DNA from: an uncultured Collinsella sp.
GTDB taxonomy: Bacteria; Actinomycetota; Coriobacteriia; Coriobacteriales; Coriobacteriaceae
DNA: 64,000 bases
Direction of reading: 5' to 3'
Assembly (NCBI GenBank): GCA_900546475.1
Contig: URDI01000004.1
Location: 1,451 to 65,450 of the forward strand
The notes beneath the pieces are model-generated. The model was not told the DNA's origin and made no database searches. It saw only the letters and a list, made by a program, of their open reading frames with translations. The translations under genes and the position numbers were made by a program. Shown piece after piece: positions 1 to 9,722 of this stretch. The first letter of the stretch is position 1, and each line of letters starts with the position of its first letter.

Positions 1-223
1 GCATGCCGCAGCTCTGACAATAGTGCTCGGACATTTCGAGCAGATGAGACAGTGGCTCGCCGGTCACGGCGGCAATGAGCTTCATCATGTCGATGCCCGG
101 TGTGACCTCGCCGCGTTCCCAACGGCTGATGGCCTGGCGTGTGACGAAGAGCTTGGCGGCGAGCTGCTCCTGAGTAAGGTGATGGGCGCGACGGACAGCG
201 ATAAGCTTTTCTGCAAAGGCCAT
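1..223 (-). CDS. XRE-family helix-turn-helix transcriptional regulator (partial, C-terminus runs off the window start)
   Basis: The reverse strand from ATG (cat at 221-223) reads MAFAEKLIAVRRAHHLTQEQLAAKLFVTRQAISRWERGEVTPGIDMMKLIAAVTGEPLSHLLEMSEHYCQSCGM. This is a typical XRE HTH (TQEQLA...ISRWERG). It has no stop in the window, so it is absent from the ORF track. Confidence 0.8.
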   Translation of the reverse strand, partial: MAFAEKLIAVRRAHHLTQEQLAAKLFVTRQAISRWERGEVTPGIDMMKLIAAVTGEPLSHLLEMSEHYCQSCGM

Positions 224-355
224 AACGGCTCCTTTCTGCTGGTTGATGGCTTAAGCATACGCGGCAGCAGGCGCCCTTCCAAGCAACCGTTGGTTGCACG
301 ACGGGGGACCGCGGCGAAGAATTGCTTGCCACGCCCCACATCTTCATGCCGTACA

Positions 356-1102
356 ATGACCGGCATGGAACCTATCGCACGCATACATACCGACCTGCCG
401 CAGAAGTTCGGCATTCCGCGCAACAGCTTTTTGGCGCCTCATCTTGAGGGGCGCATTATCTTTGAGCCGGAGTTTGCCTCTAACGCCGCGGTTGCAGGGC
501 TCGAATCATTCTCGCACCTATGGCTGCTCTGGCGCTTCGAAAACGGAACGCCCGGCGGCACGGCGGAGGATATTGCCACCGATGCCAAAACACAGGACAA
601 AACCGGTACCACTGCCAAGTGGTCGAAGACCGTGCGTCCACCGCGCCTGGGTGGCGCCGAGCGCGTGGGCGTGTTTGCCACGCGCAGCCCGTTTCGCCCC
701 AATCCCATCGGTCTTACCTGTGTCAAGCTCGATCGTGTCGAGCTTACCGACGATGGTCCCATCATCCATGTGCTGGGGGCCGATCTGCGCGACGGCACGC
801 CCATCTACGACATCAAGCCCTACATTCCGTTTGCGGACTGCCACCCAGATGCGACCGGAGGCTGGATTGAGGACACTCCGTGGCAAGAGCTTGATGTTGA
901 GTTTCCACAGGCGCTGCAAGACAAGGTCCCGCCCGCAAAGTTGCCCGGCTTAATCGAGGTCCTTCGCCAAGATCCACGCCGCGCAGGCAGCAAACACGAG
1001 CCAAACCGCGTCTACCACTTGGCCTATGCTGGGCTCGATATATCGTTTGCGGTCGACGGGGCGCAGCTTTCCGTGGTAGACGTCAGCAAGGCTCAAAGCT
1101 AA
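356..1102 (+). CDS. trmO: tRNA (N6-threonylcarbamoyladenosine37-N6)-methyltransferase TrmO (TsaA/YaeB family)
   Basis: Motifs FGIPRNS, HLWLLW, VFATRSPFRPNPIG and DGTPIYDIKPY are seen. The N-terminal ~110 aa of track ORF 23..1102 are the antisense of the XRE gene and are discarded. The start is ATG 356 or ATG 365. Confidence 0.85.
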   Translation: MTGMEPIARIHTDLPQKFGIPRNSFLAPHLEGRIIFEPEFASNAAVAGLESFSHLWLLWRFENGTPGGTAEDIATDAKTQDKTGTTAKWSKTVRPPRLGGAERVGVFATRSPFRPNPIGLTCVKLDRVELTDDGPIIHVLGADLRDGTPIYDIKPYIPFADCHPDATGGWIEDTPWQELDVEFPQALQDKVPPAKLPGLIEVLRQDPRRAGSKHEPNRVYHLAYAGLDISFAVDGAQLSVVDVSKAQS

Positions 1103-1216
1103 CCACCACGGCGCCCACGCCCCGATCAAATTCAACCCCAAAACCCGTATCAAAGCCGCCCGTTCTGGTGGACAATAACGCCTACCGAACCAATCCGCTT
1201 TGTACGGGAGCTCAGC

Positions 1217-2431
1217 ATGAAATACGACTTTACCTCGCTTATCGACCGCCACGGCATGGATGCCATCGCCGTTGACTCCTGGGGCGAGATCCCCGGTATG
1301 GCGCCAAACGTGCCCGACGAGGGCTTCGACCGCATCCCGATGTGGGTGGCGGATATGAACTTTGCCACGGTTCCCACGGTCCAGGAGCACATCATTCAAC
1401 GTGCTCAGCATCCTATGTTTGGCTACTTTGATCCACGCGCCGAGTACTTCGATCGCATCATCGAGTGGCAGAGCCATCGTAACGGCGTTGAGGGTCTGGC
1501 GCCTGAGCATATTGGCTATGAAAACGGTGTGCTGGGCGGTGTCGTGTCGACGTTGCGCGCCTATGTGCAGCCCGGTGACGCGGTGCTGGTCCATAGTCCC
1601 ACCTATATCGGCTTTACCAAGTCCATCGAGGCTGCGGGCTACCGTATTGTTCACAGCCCACTGAAGCTCGACGAACAGGGCGTGTGGCGCATGGACTTTG
1701 AGGACATGGAGTGCAAGCTCGCGCAAAACCGCATCCATGCCGCCGTCTTCTGCTCGCCGCACAATCCCTGCGGCCGCGTATGGGAGCGCGACGAGATCGA
1801 GCGCGCCATGGGCGTCTATCGCCAGCACGATTGCGTGGTGATCTCGGATGAGATTTGGTCCGACATCATCCGTCCCGGGCACAAACACATTCCGACGCAG
1901 TCGGTGAACGAGGATGCCCGCATACGCACGGTTGCCCTCTACGCGCCCAGCAAGACCTTTAACCTCGCGGGCCTGGTCGGCAGCTACCACATCATCTATA
2001 ACGAGACGCTACGCGACCGCGTGTGCGCCGTGTCCAACAAGACCCACTACAACGAGATGAACGTCCTTTCGATGCATGCGCTCATTGGCGCCTATCAGCC
2101 GCAGGGCTACGAGTGGGTTGATGAGCTCAACCAGGTGCTTGCTGACAATATCGAGTACTTCTGCACATATGCAGAGAAACATTGGAAGGGCGTCGCGTTT
2201 TCGCGCCCGCAGGGCACCTACATGGTGTTCCTGGACTGCACGGCGTGGTGCCGCGAGCATGGCCGCGATATTCAGTGGTTGCTCGACGAGGGTGCGCGCG
2301 TGGGCGTGGGATATCAGGACGGTCGCCCGTTCCATGGACCCTGCCACATTCGCGTGAATCTGGCACTACCGCTTGCGCGTGTAAGGGAAGCATGCGAGCG
2401 CCTGGACCGATATGTTTTTAATGCACGGTAG
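1217..2431 (+). CDS. MalY/PatB-type PLP-dependent C-S lyase (class I/II aminotransferase fold)
   Basis: 404 aa with N-terminus MKYDFTSLIDRHG and an SPHNPCGRVW..SDEIW..APSKTFNLAG pattern (PLP lysine in SKTFN). A GGGAG Shine-Dalgarno lies upstream. Confidence 0.85.
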   Translation: MKYDFTSLIDRHGMDAIAVDSWGEIPGMAPNVPDEGFDRIPMWVADMNFATVPTVQEHIIQRAQHPMFGYFDPRAEYFDRIIEWQSHRNGVEGLAPEHIGYENGVLGGVVSTLRAYVQPGDAVLVHSPTYIGFTKSIEAAGYRIVHSPLKLDEQGVWRMDFEDMECKLAQNRIHAAVFCSPHNPCGRVWERDEIERAMGVYRQHDCVVISDEIWSDIIRPGHKHIPTQSVNEDARIRTVALYAPSKTFNLAGLVGSYHIIYNETLRDRVCAVSNKTHYNEMNVLSMHALIGAYQPQGYEWVDELNQVLADNIEYFCTYAEKHWKGVAFSRPQGTYMVFLDCTAWCREHGRDIQWLLDEGARVGVGYQDGRPFHGPCHIRVNLALPLARVREACERLDRYVFNAR

Positions 2432-2574
2432 GCGAGCGCTGCATGCGGGGCTTTTCTGCTGGGTTGGCCGGAGGGCCCTATGTGGCAAAGCATCTGTAAT
2501 CACCGAGCACTGGCGCGGTTTTGTCTGATATTATTTTACAGTTTACGTCTGTAACCAGGATTGTCTGGAGCACG

Positions 2575-3453
2575 ATGAAAAGATCCCGTCGCTCGGTTGC
2601 CATATCGTTGTTTGTTGCGCTTGCGGTAGCGAGCGCCTTTGTCGTGGCAATAGCCGGCTGTTCCAGGTCGGATGACGGAACCTCGACGTCTGCAGTAGAA
2701 GGCCCAGCCGCCTCGCAGGTCAAAGACGACAAAGACGCCAGCCTCAAAACCCTCAACGTCGGCAGCGACCTCTACCCGCCGTTTGTGTATAGCGACGAGT
2801 ACGGCAATATTGTCGGCCTGGATGTCGAGATTTTGACCGAGGCCTTGGCCCGCATTGGCTACAAGCCAAAATATCAGCTCATCGACTGGGAAAAGAAGAA
2901 AGAACTGCTGGCGAGCGGCGAGCTCGATTGCGTCATGGGCAGCTTTAGTATGACGGGTCGAGAAAACGAGTATCGCTGGGCCGGCCCCTACCTTGCGAGC
3001 CGACAGGTGGTTGCTGTCGATCCCGAGAGCGATATCTATACGCTTGCCGATCTGAAGGACAAGGTCGTGGCGGTCCAGTCCACCACCAAGCCCGAATCGA
3101 TTCTGCTCAATCACACCAATGAAAACGTCCCGCAGATCAAAGAGCTCTACAGCTTTTCGGACCGATCGTACCTGAACCCGGCGCTCGTCGAGGGCCTGGT
3201 CGACGCCATCGCCGCGCATGAGTCTTCGCTGCTCACCTACGAAAAAGACTACGGTGTGACGTATCGTATTCTTGATGAGCCGCTGCTAGAGGTTGGTTTG
3301 GGTACCGCGTTCGATATCAACGATACGCGCGGCATCGACGTTAAGCTCACCCATGCCTACCAAAAAATGCTTGCCGACGGCACCATGAAGCGCCTGGTGT
3401 CAAAGTACTTTGATGACCCCTCGCCCTTTTTGAATATGGAGGGCCTGTCGTGA
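2575..3453 (+). CDS. Family-3 solute-binding lipoprotein (amino-acid ABC-type SBP fold)
   Basis: The signal peptide has a lipobox (VVAIAGC). The mature part resembles polar amino-acid binding proteins (DLYPPFVY..GLDVEI). Its end overlaps the kinase start by 4 nt (GTGA). Confidence 0.8.
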   Translation: MKRSRRSVAISLFVALAVASAFVVAIAGCSRSDDGTSTSAVEGPAASQVKDDKDASLKTLNVGSDLYPPFVYSDEYGNIVGLDVEILTEALARIGYKPKYQLIDWEKKKELLASGELDCVMGSFSMTGRENEYRWAGPYLASRQVVAVDPESDIYTLADLKDKVVAVQSTTKPESILLNHTNENVPQIKELYSFSDRSYLNPALVEGLVDAIAAHESSLLTYEKDYGVTYRILDEPLLEVGLGTAFDINDTRGIDVKLTHAYQKMLADGTMKRLVSKYFDDPSPFLNMEGLS

Positions 3454-5642
3454 CTGATGCGCCCTGCCGCACCGCCCAGAAGCGGAACGATCGTTCGACC
3501 CGGGCACGGCTCCTTGCCGTCCTGTTGGGGATAGCGCTTTCGGTTGTTGCTGGCATGATGAGCTACGTTTACACGACGGCCCAGGCCGAGCAGCGCTTTG
3601 CCGGCGTTGTCGATTACGTGGCAACGCAGAGCCTTTCCTACGATGCGTTCAACAGCGCCTATGCGACCAAAAATCTGATTCGCGTTACGGAGATTGCCGG
3701 AGAGGTGGCGCGCGATATGGAGCGCGACGGCTCGGCGGATAACGCAACGCTCAAGCAATATACCGACCAGTTCAACGTGAGTGCACTGATCGTGACGGAC
3801 GCATCGGGCAACTTGGTGTCCGAGTCCTCGACGGATGACGCGAGCTACGAGTCGCTCGCTGCGCATCTCAAAGAAGCACCCGTGTTGGAGGTGGCGGCCT
3901 ATCCGCTTAAGTCCTATACCGCCCGCATCGCGCTTGCGGATGATTCGGTCGCAGACATTGGCTGTGTGTCTCGGCAGGACGGCGAGGGCATCGTTATCGC
4001 GGTAAGGCACCAGAGCGCCAAGGCGGTCGCGAGCAATACGCTCAAGTTGCAGAGCTTGCTCGACGGCTATGAAACCATCGATAGCGGTAATATCGTGATT
4101 GAAAACGATGCCAAGGTCGTTGCGACGAATGCCGTTGAACCCACCACGTCGGGCGCATTTGTTTTGCCTGCAACGGATGCCACCATAGTCGGAGGTATTA
4201 AGAAACGCTGCCTGGGCGGTAAGGTTAGCTTGGTCAACGCCAACGGCGAGTGGTATCTGGGCACGTTTGGTAGAGCACGCCAATTCTACGTGTACACCTA
4301 TACGTCCGCGCAGCGTTACTTTGAAACCATCGCAGTCGTAGTCGCCAGCGTGTTGGTGCTCTACAGCGGTGCTTTGGCCGCAGCTGCGTTGGCGCGCCGC
4401 CATGCAGAGCGCCAACGCTTGACCGATCTGTTGCTGCAGGAGCGCGACTATGGCGACAAGCTGGCAAAGGCAGCACGCGAGGCCTCGTCTGCCAACTCTG
4501 CAAAGACGGAGTTCCTGCGTCGTATGAGCCACGACCTGCGCACGCCTATCAACGGTATTCGCGGTATGGTCGAGGTGGGCAATGCCAACGAAGATGACTT
4601 GCAAAAGCAGGCTGAATGCCGCTCAAAGATCTGGACGGCATCGGGACTGCTGCTCGACCTTGCGAACGAGGCACTCGATATGAGTCGCCTGGAGAGCGGG
4701 CAGGTCAACCTGGATCTCGTGCCCGCAAATTTGGTGGCCCTCAACCGTGAAGTGTGCGATATTCTGGAGCGCCAGGCCGAGGAGCGCCTGGTGACAATTG
4801 TCTGCGACCAGCAGTCCCTTGATCATCCCTATGTTCGGGTGAGCGTGACGCACCTTAAGCGCTTGTTGGTCAACATCGCCGGTAATGCCGTCAAGTACAA
4901 CCATCGGGGCGGCTATGTTCGCCTGGCGTGTCGCGAGGTAGAGCCGGTAGACGGCGTCCCCATCTATGAATACACGATCGCCGATAACGGCATCGGCATG
5001 AGCGAGGAGTTCCAGCGGCACATCTACGAGCCGTTTAGCCGCGAGGCACAACGGGTGGAGGGCGCTTCGTCGGGTACGGGCCTGGGTGTGTCCATTGCCA
5101 AACAGTTGGTCGAGCTTATGGGCGGAACCATGAGCTTTACGAGCGCCTTGGGGCAGGGAACGACGTTTACCATTCGCCTGCCGTTTGAGCAGTGCGAGCG
5201 CTCCGAGATTCCTCAGGCAGTTCGCGTGGATGCGGTTGACGTCGATGCAGTCCGGGGCCTGCGCGTTTTGCTCGTGGAGGATAACGAGCTGAATGCCGAG
5301 ATCGCACAGTTTACGCTCGACCGTGCCGGTGCCGTCGTGGTGCATGTTAAGGATGGCGAGTCTGCTGTCGAGACGTTTGCCGCGAGCGCGCCGCACGAGT
5401 ACGACGTGGTGTTGATGGACATTATGATGCCTGGCATCGATGGCCTTGAGGCCACGCGCCGGATTCGAGCGCTCGACCGCGAGGATGCCGCGACCACGCC
5501 GATTATCGCCGTGAGCGCCAATGCCTTTGCCGACGACCGTAGGCTTTCGCGCGAGGCGGGCATGAACGCCCACCTGAGCAAACCCGTGAGCGCACGGGAG
5601 CTCGTTGAGGCGCTTGCACACATAGCCGCCGACGCTTCATAA
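3450..5642 (+). CDS. Hybrid sensor histidine kinase / response regulator (TM sensor, HisKA, HATPase_c, REC)
   Basis: H-box FLRRMSHDLRTPING, N-box NAVKYN, G-boxes DNGIGM and GTGLGVSI, and C-terminal REC (LLVEDNELN..DVVLMDIMMPGIDG..SKP). GTG start with a GGAGGG Shine-Dalgarno. Confidence 0.9.
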   Translation: MTDAPCRTAQKRNDRSTRARLLAVLLGIALSVVAGMMSYVYTTAQAEQRFAGVVDYVATQSLSYDAFNSAYATKNLIRVTEIAGEVARDMERDGSADNATLKQYTDQFNVSALIVTDASGNLVSESSTDDASYESLAAHLKEAPVLEVAAYPLKSYTARIALADDSVADIGCVSRQDGEGIVIAVRHQSAKAVASNTLKLQSLLDGYETIDSGNIVIENDAKVVATNAVEPTTSGAFVLPATDATIVGGIKKRCLGGKVSLVNANGEWYLGTFGRARQFYVYTYTSAQRYFETIAVVVASVLVLYSGALAAAALARRHAERQRLTDLLLQERDYGDKLAKAAREASSANSAKTEFLRRMSHDLRTPINGIRGMVEVGNANEDDLQKQAECRSKIWTASGLLLDLANEALDMSRLESGQVNLDLVPANLVALNREVCDILERQAEERLVTIVCDQQSLDHPYVRVSVTHLKRLLVNIAGNAVKYNHRGGYVRLACREVEPVDGVPIYEYTIADNGIGMSEEFQRHIYEPFSREAQRVEGASSGTGLGVSIAKQLVELMGGTMSFTSALGQGTTFTIRLPFEQCERSEIPQAVRVDAVDVDAVRGLRVLLVEDNELNAEIAQFTLDRAGAVVVHVKDGESAVETFAASAPHEYDVVLMDIMMPGIDGLEATRRIRALDREDAATTPIIAVSANAFADDRRLSREAGMNAHLSKPVSARELVEALAHIAADAS

Positions 5643-5711
5643 ACATATGGCTCGGCTCCACTGTTGGTTGGAACCGGGCCATATCACTCTGTGCAAGACC
5701 TGCTTATGGGT

Positions 5712-6191
5712 CTACTTTTCATGAATCTGCTTGCCGCAAAGATGCTCAATCGAGATCTCGTAGAGCTGGACACCCTTGATGTCCCTGGCGATCTCTTCTT
5801 CGACTTCTTCGGCAGAAGGGTAGTACCTAAGCGCGAGCTGGCGGACTTTGTCCTCGATAAACGCGGGGGCCTCATCTACCAGACGGCAACGGCCAAAGAC
5901 CACGGTACTCATAACGTAGGGGGCCCAGTCATCGTCCTTGTACCACTCATTGCCGTAAACGGTAAAGCAGACTTTGTCATCACGCCTGAGTGAATCGACC
6001 TTGTGGCCAGCCTTGGCGCCATGGAGGTAAATCTTGTCGTGCTCGGCGTCAAAGAAGTAGTTGACGGGAATGGCATAAGGATAGCCATCATCGCCGTTGA
6101 CGGCAAAGACACCGCGTTTGCAGGTGGCGAGCAACTCGCGTGCCGCCTCATCGGAAATGGCGCGTTTTTTTCTGCGTAGGGGCCTAAACAT
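5712..6191 (-). CDS. Pyridoxamine 5'-phosphate oxidase-family FMN-binding protein
   Basis: MFRPLRRKKRAISDEAARELL..GVFAVNGDDGYPYAIPVNYFF..IYLHGAKAGHK is the typical PNPOx-like split-barrel N-terminus. Confidence 0.75.
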   Translation of the reverse strand: MFRPLRRKKRAISDEAARELLATCKRGVFAVNGDDGYPYAIPVNYFFDAEHDKIYLHGAKAGHKVDSLRRDDKVCFTVYGNEWYKDDDWAPYVMSTVVFGRCRLVDEAPAFIEDKVRQLALRYYPSAEEVEEEIARDIKGVQLYEISIEHLCGKQIHEK

Positions 6192-6233
6192 CGTGGGCTT
6201 CCTTTCTAGTTGCGTATGGTAGTTGAGCACAAA

Positions 6234-9044
6234 CTATAGCGAAATAGTTCCGTTTTTCTTGATGCAGGCGAGCATGTCTTTAAGCTTGTTAAAGTCAAGC
6301 GGCTTGGGCAGATGGGCGTTCATGCCGGCGTCACGTGCCGCTTGTGCGTCCTCGGCAAAGGCGTTGGCGGTCAGTGCGATGATGGGGATATCGGCAGCAT
6401 CGGCCTTGTCGCTGAGGCGGATTGCGCGGGTTGCTTCGTAGCCGTCCATCTCCGGCATCATAACGTCCATCAGGATTGCATCGAAACTGCCGGCGGGACG
6501 TGAAAGGTATAGATCGAGCGCATCGCTGCCGTTGTCTGCATGGGTGACTATGATGCCTTCGGTCTCCAACAAGGTCTGGACGATTTCGGCGCTCAGCTGG
6601 TTGTCTTCGGCAAGTAACACGCTCATGCCGGTCAGTGAGACCTTGGGTGCCCTCGCATCCGTCTGTGTTTGAATCTGAGGACACGTATCGATAGCGAATG
6701 GAATCCGAACGTAAAATGTCGATCCAGCTCCAAGCTCACTCGTCACCTCGATTGTTCCCCCCATGGCGTCGACAAGTGATTTGACGATCGGCATGCCCAT
6801 GCCAGTTCCCTGAAATTTGCTGCGGGCATCGTTGCCTTCTTGGGCAAACGGTTCGTAGATATGCTTAAGAAACTCGGACGACATGCCGATGCCGGTGTCC
6901 GAGACGTTAAAGCAAAAGAGCACTCGGTTATCATCGAGCGGTTTAATCTGCGATGTAAAGGTGACGGTTCCGCCATCTTTGTTGTACTTGATGCTGTTGT
7001 CGAGCAGGTTAATGATAATCTGACGTACATGAGTGGGGCTTCCCATTACATGTGGATTGCAGAGGGGATGCGCGCTTTGATCCTGCATCGTGATATTGCG
7101 ATCGGAAGCGCGGAGCTTGCACGGCACAATTGCATCGTTGCAGAGCTCTTCGAGGTTAAATGGGACATGCTCAAGCGTTAGCTTACCATTTTCAATCCTG
7201 CCCATTTCTAGAATGTCGTTGATGAGCGAGAGCAGATGGTTGGCGGCGATTCGCGCCTTAGCTCGGTTTTCACGGGCGGCATCGACATCGTCTTCGCGCA
7301 ATTCCTCAAGTTCGATGAGTCCCAGAATACCGTTGAGCGGCGTGCGGATGTCATGACTCATGCGTGTAAGAAAGGCCGTTTTGGCGGCATTTGCGGCGAG
7401 TGCCTTGTTTTGTTCTGCTCGGGCTCGCTGCAGGGCCCAGGTTAGAATCGCTACCCCAGTCAACAGTACACCGACGATGATGACGACAATCGCACTACGA
7501 TGTCGATACATAAACCTGAGCGTGTCCGACTCCTGCGCGCTATACGACGTAGAGGAATAATTGCTCGCAGAAAGCGATTCTCCGGCGTTGATGATGCCCT
7601 TGTTGACAATACTTAATAATTCGGGTTTTCCGCGTAACATGAGGCAAGAGAGTTCGGCCGTGCGTGAGAGTTCCTGTATCTCGTAGTCTTTGATATCGTA
7701 GCTTTCTCGGATGGTTTCCAGCCGTGCACTGGGAACAATGACGCAGCTTGACCTCCCATCCTTAAGGGCAGTAAGTATTTCGTCTGCAGACTGATATTCG
7801 GTTATATTTGCATTTGGAAATAAGTATTGTAATTCGTTGCGGTTTACGATTGAAAAATCGGCGCAACAGATATTGCGCAGATCCCTGTTAAGATCGTTGG
7901 TGGCGTGGATGGCAGTAAGAGAGATCGTTCCCATCGAAATCGATTGGACCGTCCCCATTTGCTCGGCAAGCCAGTAGTCACTATATACCGGTAGGGCGAT
8001 GTCGATATCCCCCCTTGAGAGTGCTTCCGCCATTTGCTGGTTGCCTGGATAAGCGATCGTGCGTACGGTAATGCCAAATTTGTCGTGTAGCGCTGTAACG
8101 AACGAGACGAGTGAGCCTTCCATTTCTCCCTTATCATCTTGGTTGCAGTAGGGGAGATTGTTGCTGAGGTAACCTAGCGTAAGCGTGCTTTTCTTGGCCT
8201 TGAGCCACGACCGTTCGGAGCCGGTAAGTGATGCGGATCCACTGTTTTGTGCCGAGTAGTTTGATTTGACTTCGTCGTTGTAGCGCGGGTTGATGCGATT
8301 GATTGCTGCCATGGCCGAGTTGATGTCGTCCATCAGGTCGGGACGGCTTTTGGGCACTGCAAAATAGTAGTCGCTCGAACCTACGTAGAACATAGGGGAA
8401 GCGTTGGGTGAGGAGATGGTGTCATTCATGATGATGGCGTCGACCTCATCGTTTGCGAGTGCGTCAAAGAGGTCACCGCCACCGGCGAATTCTTTATAGG
8501 TGCAGGTAATACCTTCGTTGGAAAGCCACTGCCGACCGACGGCGGTTTGCATAACGCCGGGGTTATAACCGATGGTTAGCCCTTGGAGCGCTTGAGGATC
8601 GCCTTTAGAGAGATCGTCGCGGTCGGGCTTGGCGTAGATGTAGTAGCGCTCGGTTCCTTCGGGGTTCGAGGAGTAGAGCAACTTTTGTGCTCGCTCTGCC
8701 GAATACGAAATATTCGGCAGCAGATCGATTTCGCCCTTCTCGAGCATATCCATGAGCTCGGTGAAGGTGCCGGAGACGTATTCGTACCGCCAGCCGGGCG
8801 TGTAGTACGATAGGGTCTGGAGGTAGTCGTAGCCCCATCCCGAGAGGCGCTCGCCTGGCGTGCCGTCCTGGAATCCCTCGTTGTTGATAAGCCAGCCGAC
8901 GCGTACCGTTTTGATCTGTTGATCAGAGTCATTGGCATGGGCGGGGGCGGGCATGAGGGCGTTCAGTAGGGTAAGTGCGGCAAGCACGATAATCAGGGCG
9001 CGAAGTACAGTTGAACGAAGGATAGCGGTAGCTCTCACGGGCAA
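6234..9044 (-). CDS. Hybrid sensor histidine kinase with two periplasmic family-3 solute-binding domains (BvgS/EvgS-like architecture)
   Basis: The order is signal peptide, two SBP_bac_3-like repeats, TM segment, H-box FLTRMSHDIRTPLNG, HATPase (NSIKYN, DTGIGM, GTGMGM), then REC (LLAEDNQLS..ILMDVMMPEMDG..PKP). The track start is TTG 9044. GTG 9038 has better Shine-Dalgarno spacing. Confidence 0.9.
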   Translation of the reverse strand: MPVRATAILRSTVLRALIIVLAALTLLNALMPAPAHANDSDQQIKTVRVGWLINNEGFQDGTPGERLSGWGYDYLQTLSYYTPGWRYEYVSGTFTELMDMLEKGEIDLLPNISYSAERAQKLLYSSNPEGTERYYIYAKPDRDDLSKGDPQALQGLTIGYNPGVMQTAVGRQWLSNEGITCTYKEFAGGGDLFDALANDEVDAIIMNDTISSPNASPMFYVGSSDYYFAVPKSRPDLMDDINSAMAAINRINPRYNDEVKSNYSAQNSGSASLTGSERSWLKAKKSTLTLGYLSNNLPYCNQDDKGEMEGSLVSFVTALHDKFGITVRTIAYPGNQQMAEALSRGDIDIALPVYSDYWLAEQMGTVQSISMGTISLTAIHATNDLNRDLRNICCADFSIVNRNELQYLFPNANITEYQSADEILTALKDGRSSCVIVPSARLETIRESYDIKDYEIQELSRTAELSCLMLRGKPELLSIVNKGIINAGESLSASNYSSTSYSAQESDTLRFMYRHRSAIVVIIVGVLLTGVAILTWALQRARAEQNKALAANAAKTAFLTRMSHDIRTPLNGILGLIELEELREDDVDAARENRAKARIAANHLLSLINDILEMGRIENGKLTLEHVPFNLEELCNDAIVPCKLRASDRNITMQDQSAHPLCNPHVMGSPTHVRQIIINLLDNSIKYNKDGGTVTFTSQIKPLDDNRVLFCFNVSDTGIGMSSEFLKHIYEPFAQEGNDARSKFQGTGMGMPIVKSLVDAMGGTIEVTSELGAGSTFYVRIPFAIDTCPQIQTQTDARAPKVSLTGMSVLLAEDNQLSAEIVQTLLETEGIIVTHADNGSDALDLYLSRPAGSFDAILMDVMMPEMDGYEATRAIRLSDKADAADIPIIALTANAFAEDAQAARDAGMNAHLPKPLDFNKLKDMLACIKKNGTISL

Positions 9045-9123
9045 TCCTAACGAATCGAGACATTACCTCATAATCATACCAGCTGGTCTGCTTGGTCGGC
9101 AGGCATGCCGCTAAACAGTCCGC

Positions 9124-9233
9124 CCGGCAATTGGGGACGTTCTTAAACGATTGGTCATCGGGGACGTTCTTGTTTGACTCGTCATTTAAGAACGTCCCCG
9201 ATGACTCGTTAAAGGAACGTCCCCAACTGCCGG
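9124..9233. repeat. Compound nested palindrome carrying four GGGGACGTTCTT-type cores (two forward, two reverse)
   Basis: The inner 18-bp arms are perfect: GTCATCGGGGACGTTCTT at 9154-9171 against its reverse complement at 9188-9205. The outer arms CCGGCAATTGGGGACGTTCTTAAACGA (9124-9150) and TCGTTAAAGGAACGTCCCCAACTGCCGG (9206-9233) are imperfect. Confidence 0.85.
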
Positions 9234-9286
9234 TTGTGGGACAATATCGAGCGAACGTGATGGGGTGTCTGGGAAAAGGGGTCGCG

Positions 9287-9712
9287 ATGAACAAGTTGAG
9301 GACGCTTGCGGACGTATTGCGCCAGGCTGGCTTTGCGCGCATCACGAGTCTGTTTCTTATCTTCTACCTGCTGTGTTCGACGGCTGTCTGGCTGTCCGAA
9401 CCTACGACCCTCACGTTTGGTGATGGCCTCTGGTTTAGCTTTGAGACGGTCTCGACGATCGGCTTTGGCGACATCCCGGCCGCAACGCCGGTTGCCCGTG
9501 CCATTACCGTCGTCCTAAGCGTTATCAGCATTTTCTATATCGCTATGCTCACGGGCGTGGCGGTGAACTACTGCAATATGCTTATCAAGATGCGCCAAAA
9601 GGACACCATGGCACGCTTTATGGACGATCTTGAACATTTGGAAGATCTCGATCGCGATGAACTCGCCGATCTGTCACGCCGCGTGCGCGAATATCGCCGA
9701 CGCCAGCGCTAG
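9287..9712 (+). CDS. Two-TM potassium channel family protein
   Basis: Selectivity filter TVSTIGFGD lies between two hydrophobic helices. ATG at 9287; an alternative start is at 9260. Confidence 0.8.
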   Translation: MNKLRTLADVLRQAGFARITSLFLIFYLLCSTAVWLSEPTTLTFGDGLWFSFETVSTIGFGDIPAATPVARAITVVLSVISIFYIAMLTGVAVNYCNMLIKMRQKDTMARFMDDLEHLEDLDRDELADLSRRVREYRRRQR

Positions 9713-9722
9713 AGGGGGCTAG

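Noticed and set aside
23-355. The N-terminal 111 codons of track ORF 23..1102.
   Set aside because: This part is the antisense of a well-formed XRE HTH gene (1..223, minus strand). The TrmO homology begins only at MEPIARIH, so the ORF was trimmed to 356/365.
950-1990. Long antisense ORFs opposite real genes. Examples are 950..1990 (-), 3357..4604 (-), 10505..11761 (-), 15694..17283 (-), 17464..19173 (-), 19579..20751 (+), 37287..38627 (+), 57884..59320 (+) and 61097..62374 (+).
   Set aside because: Their translations are Arg/Ala/Gly/His-rich low-complexity strings with no motifs. Each lies opposite an ORF with clear family signatures. This is typical shadow-ORF behaviour in high-GC DNA.
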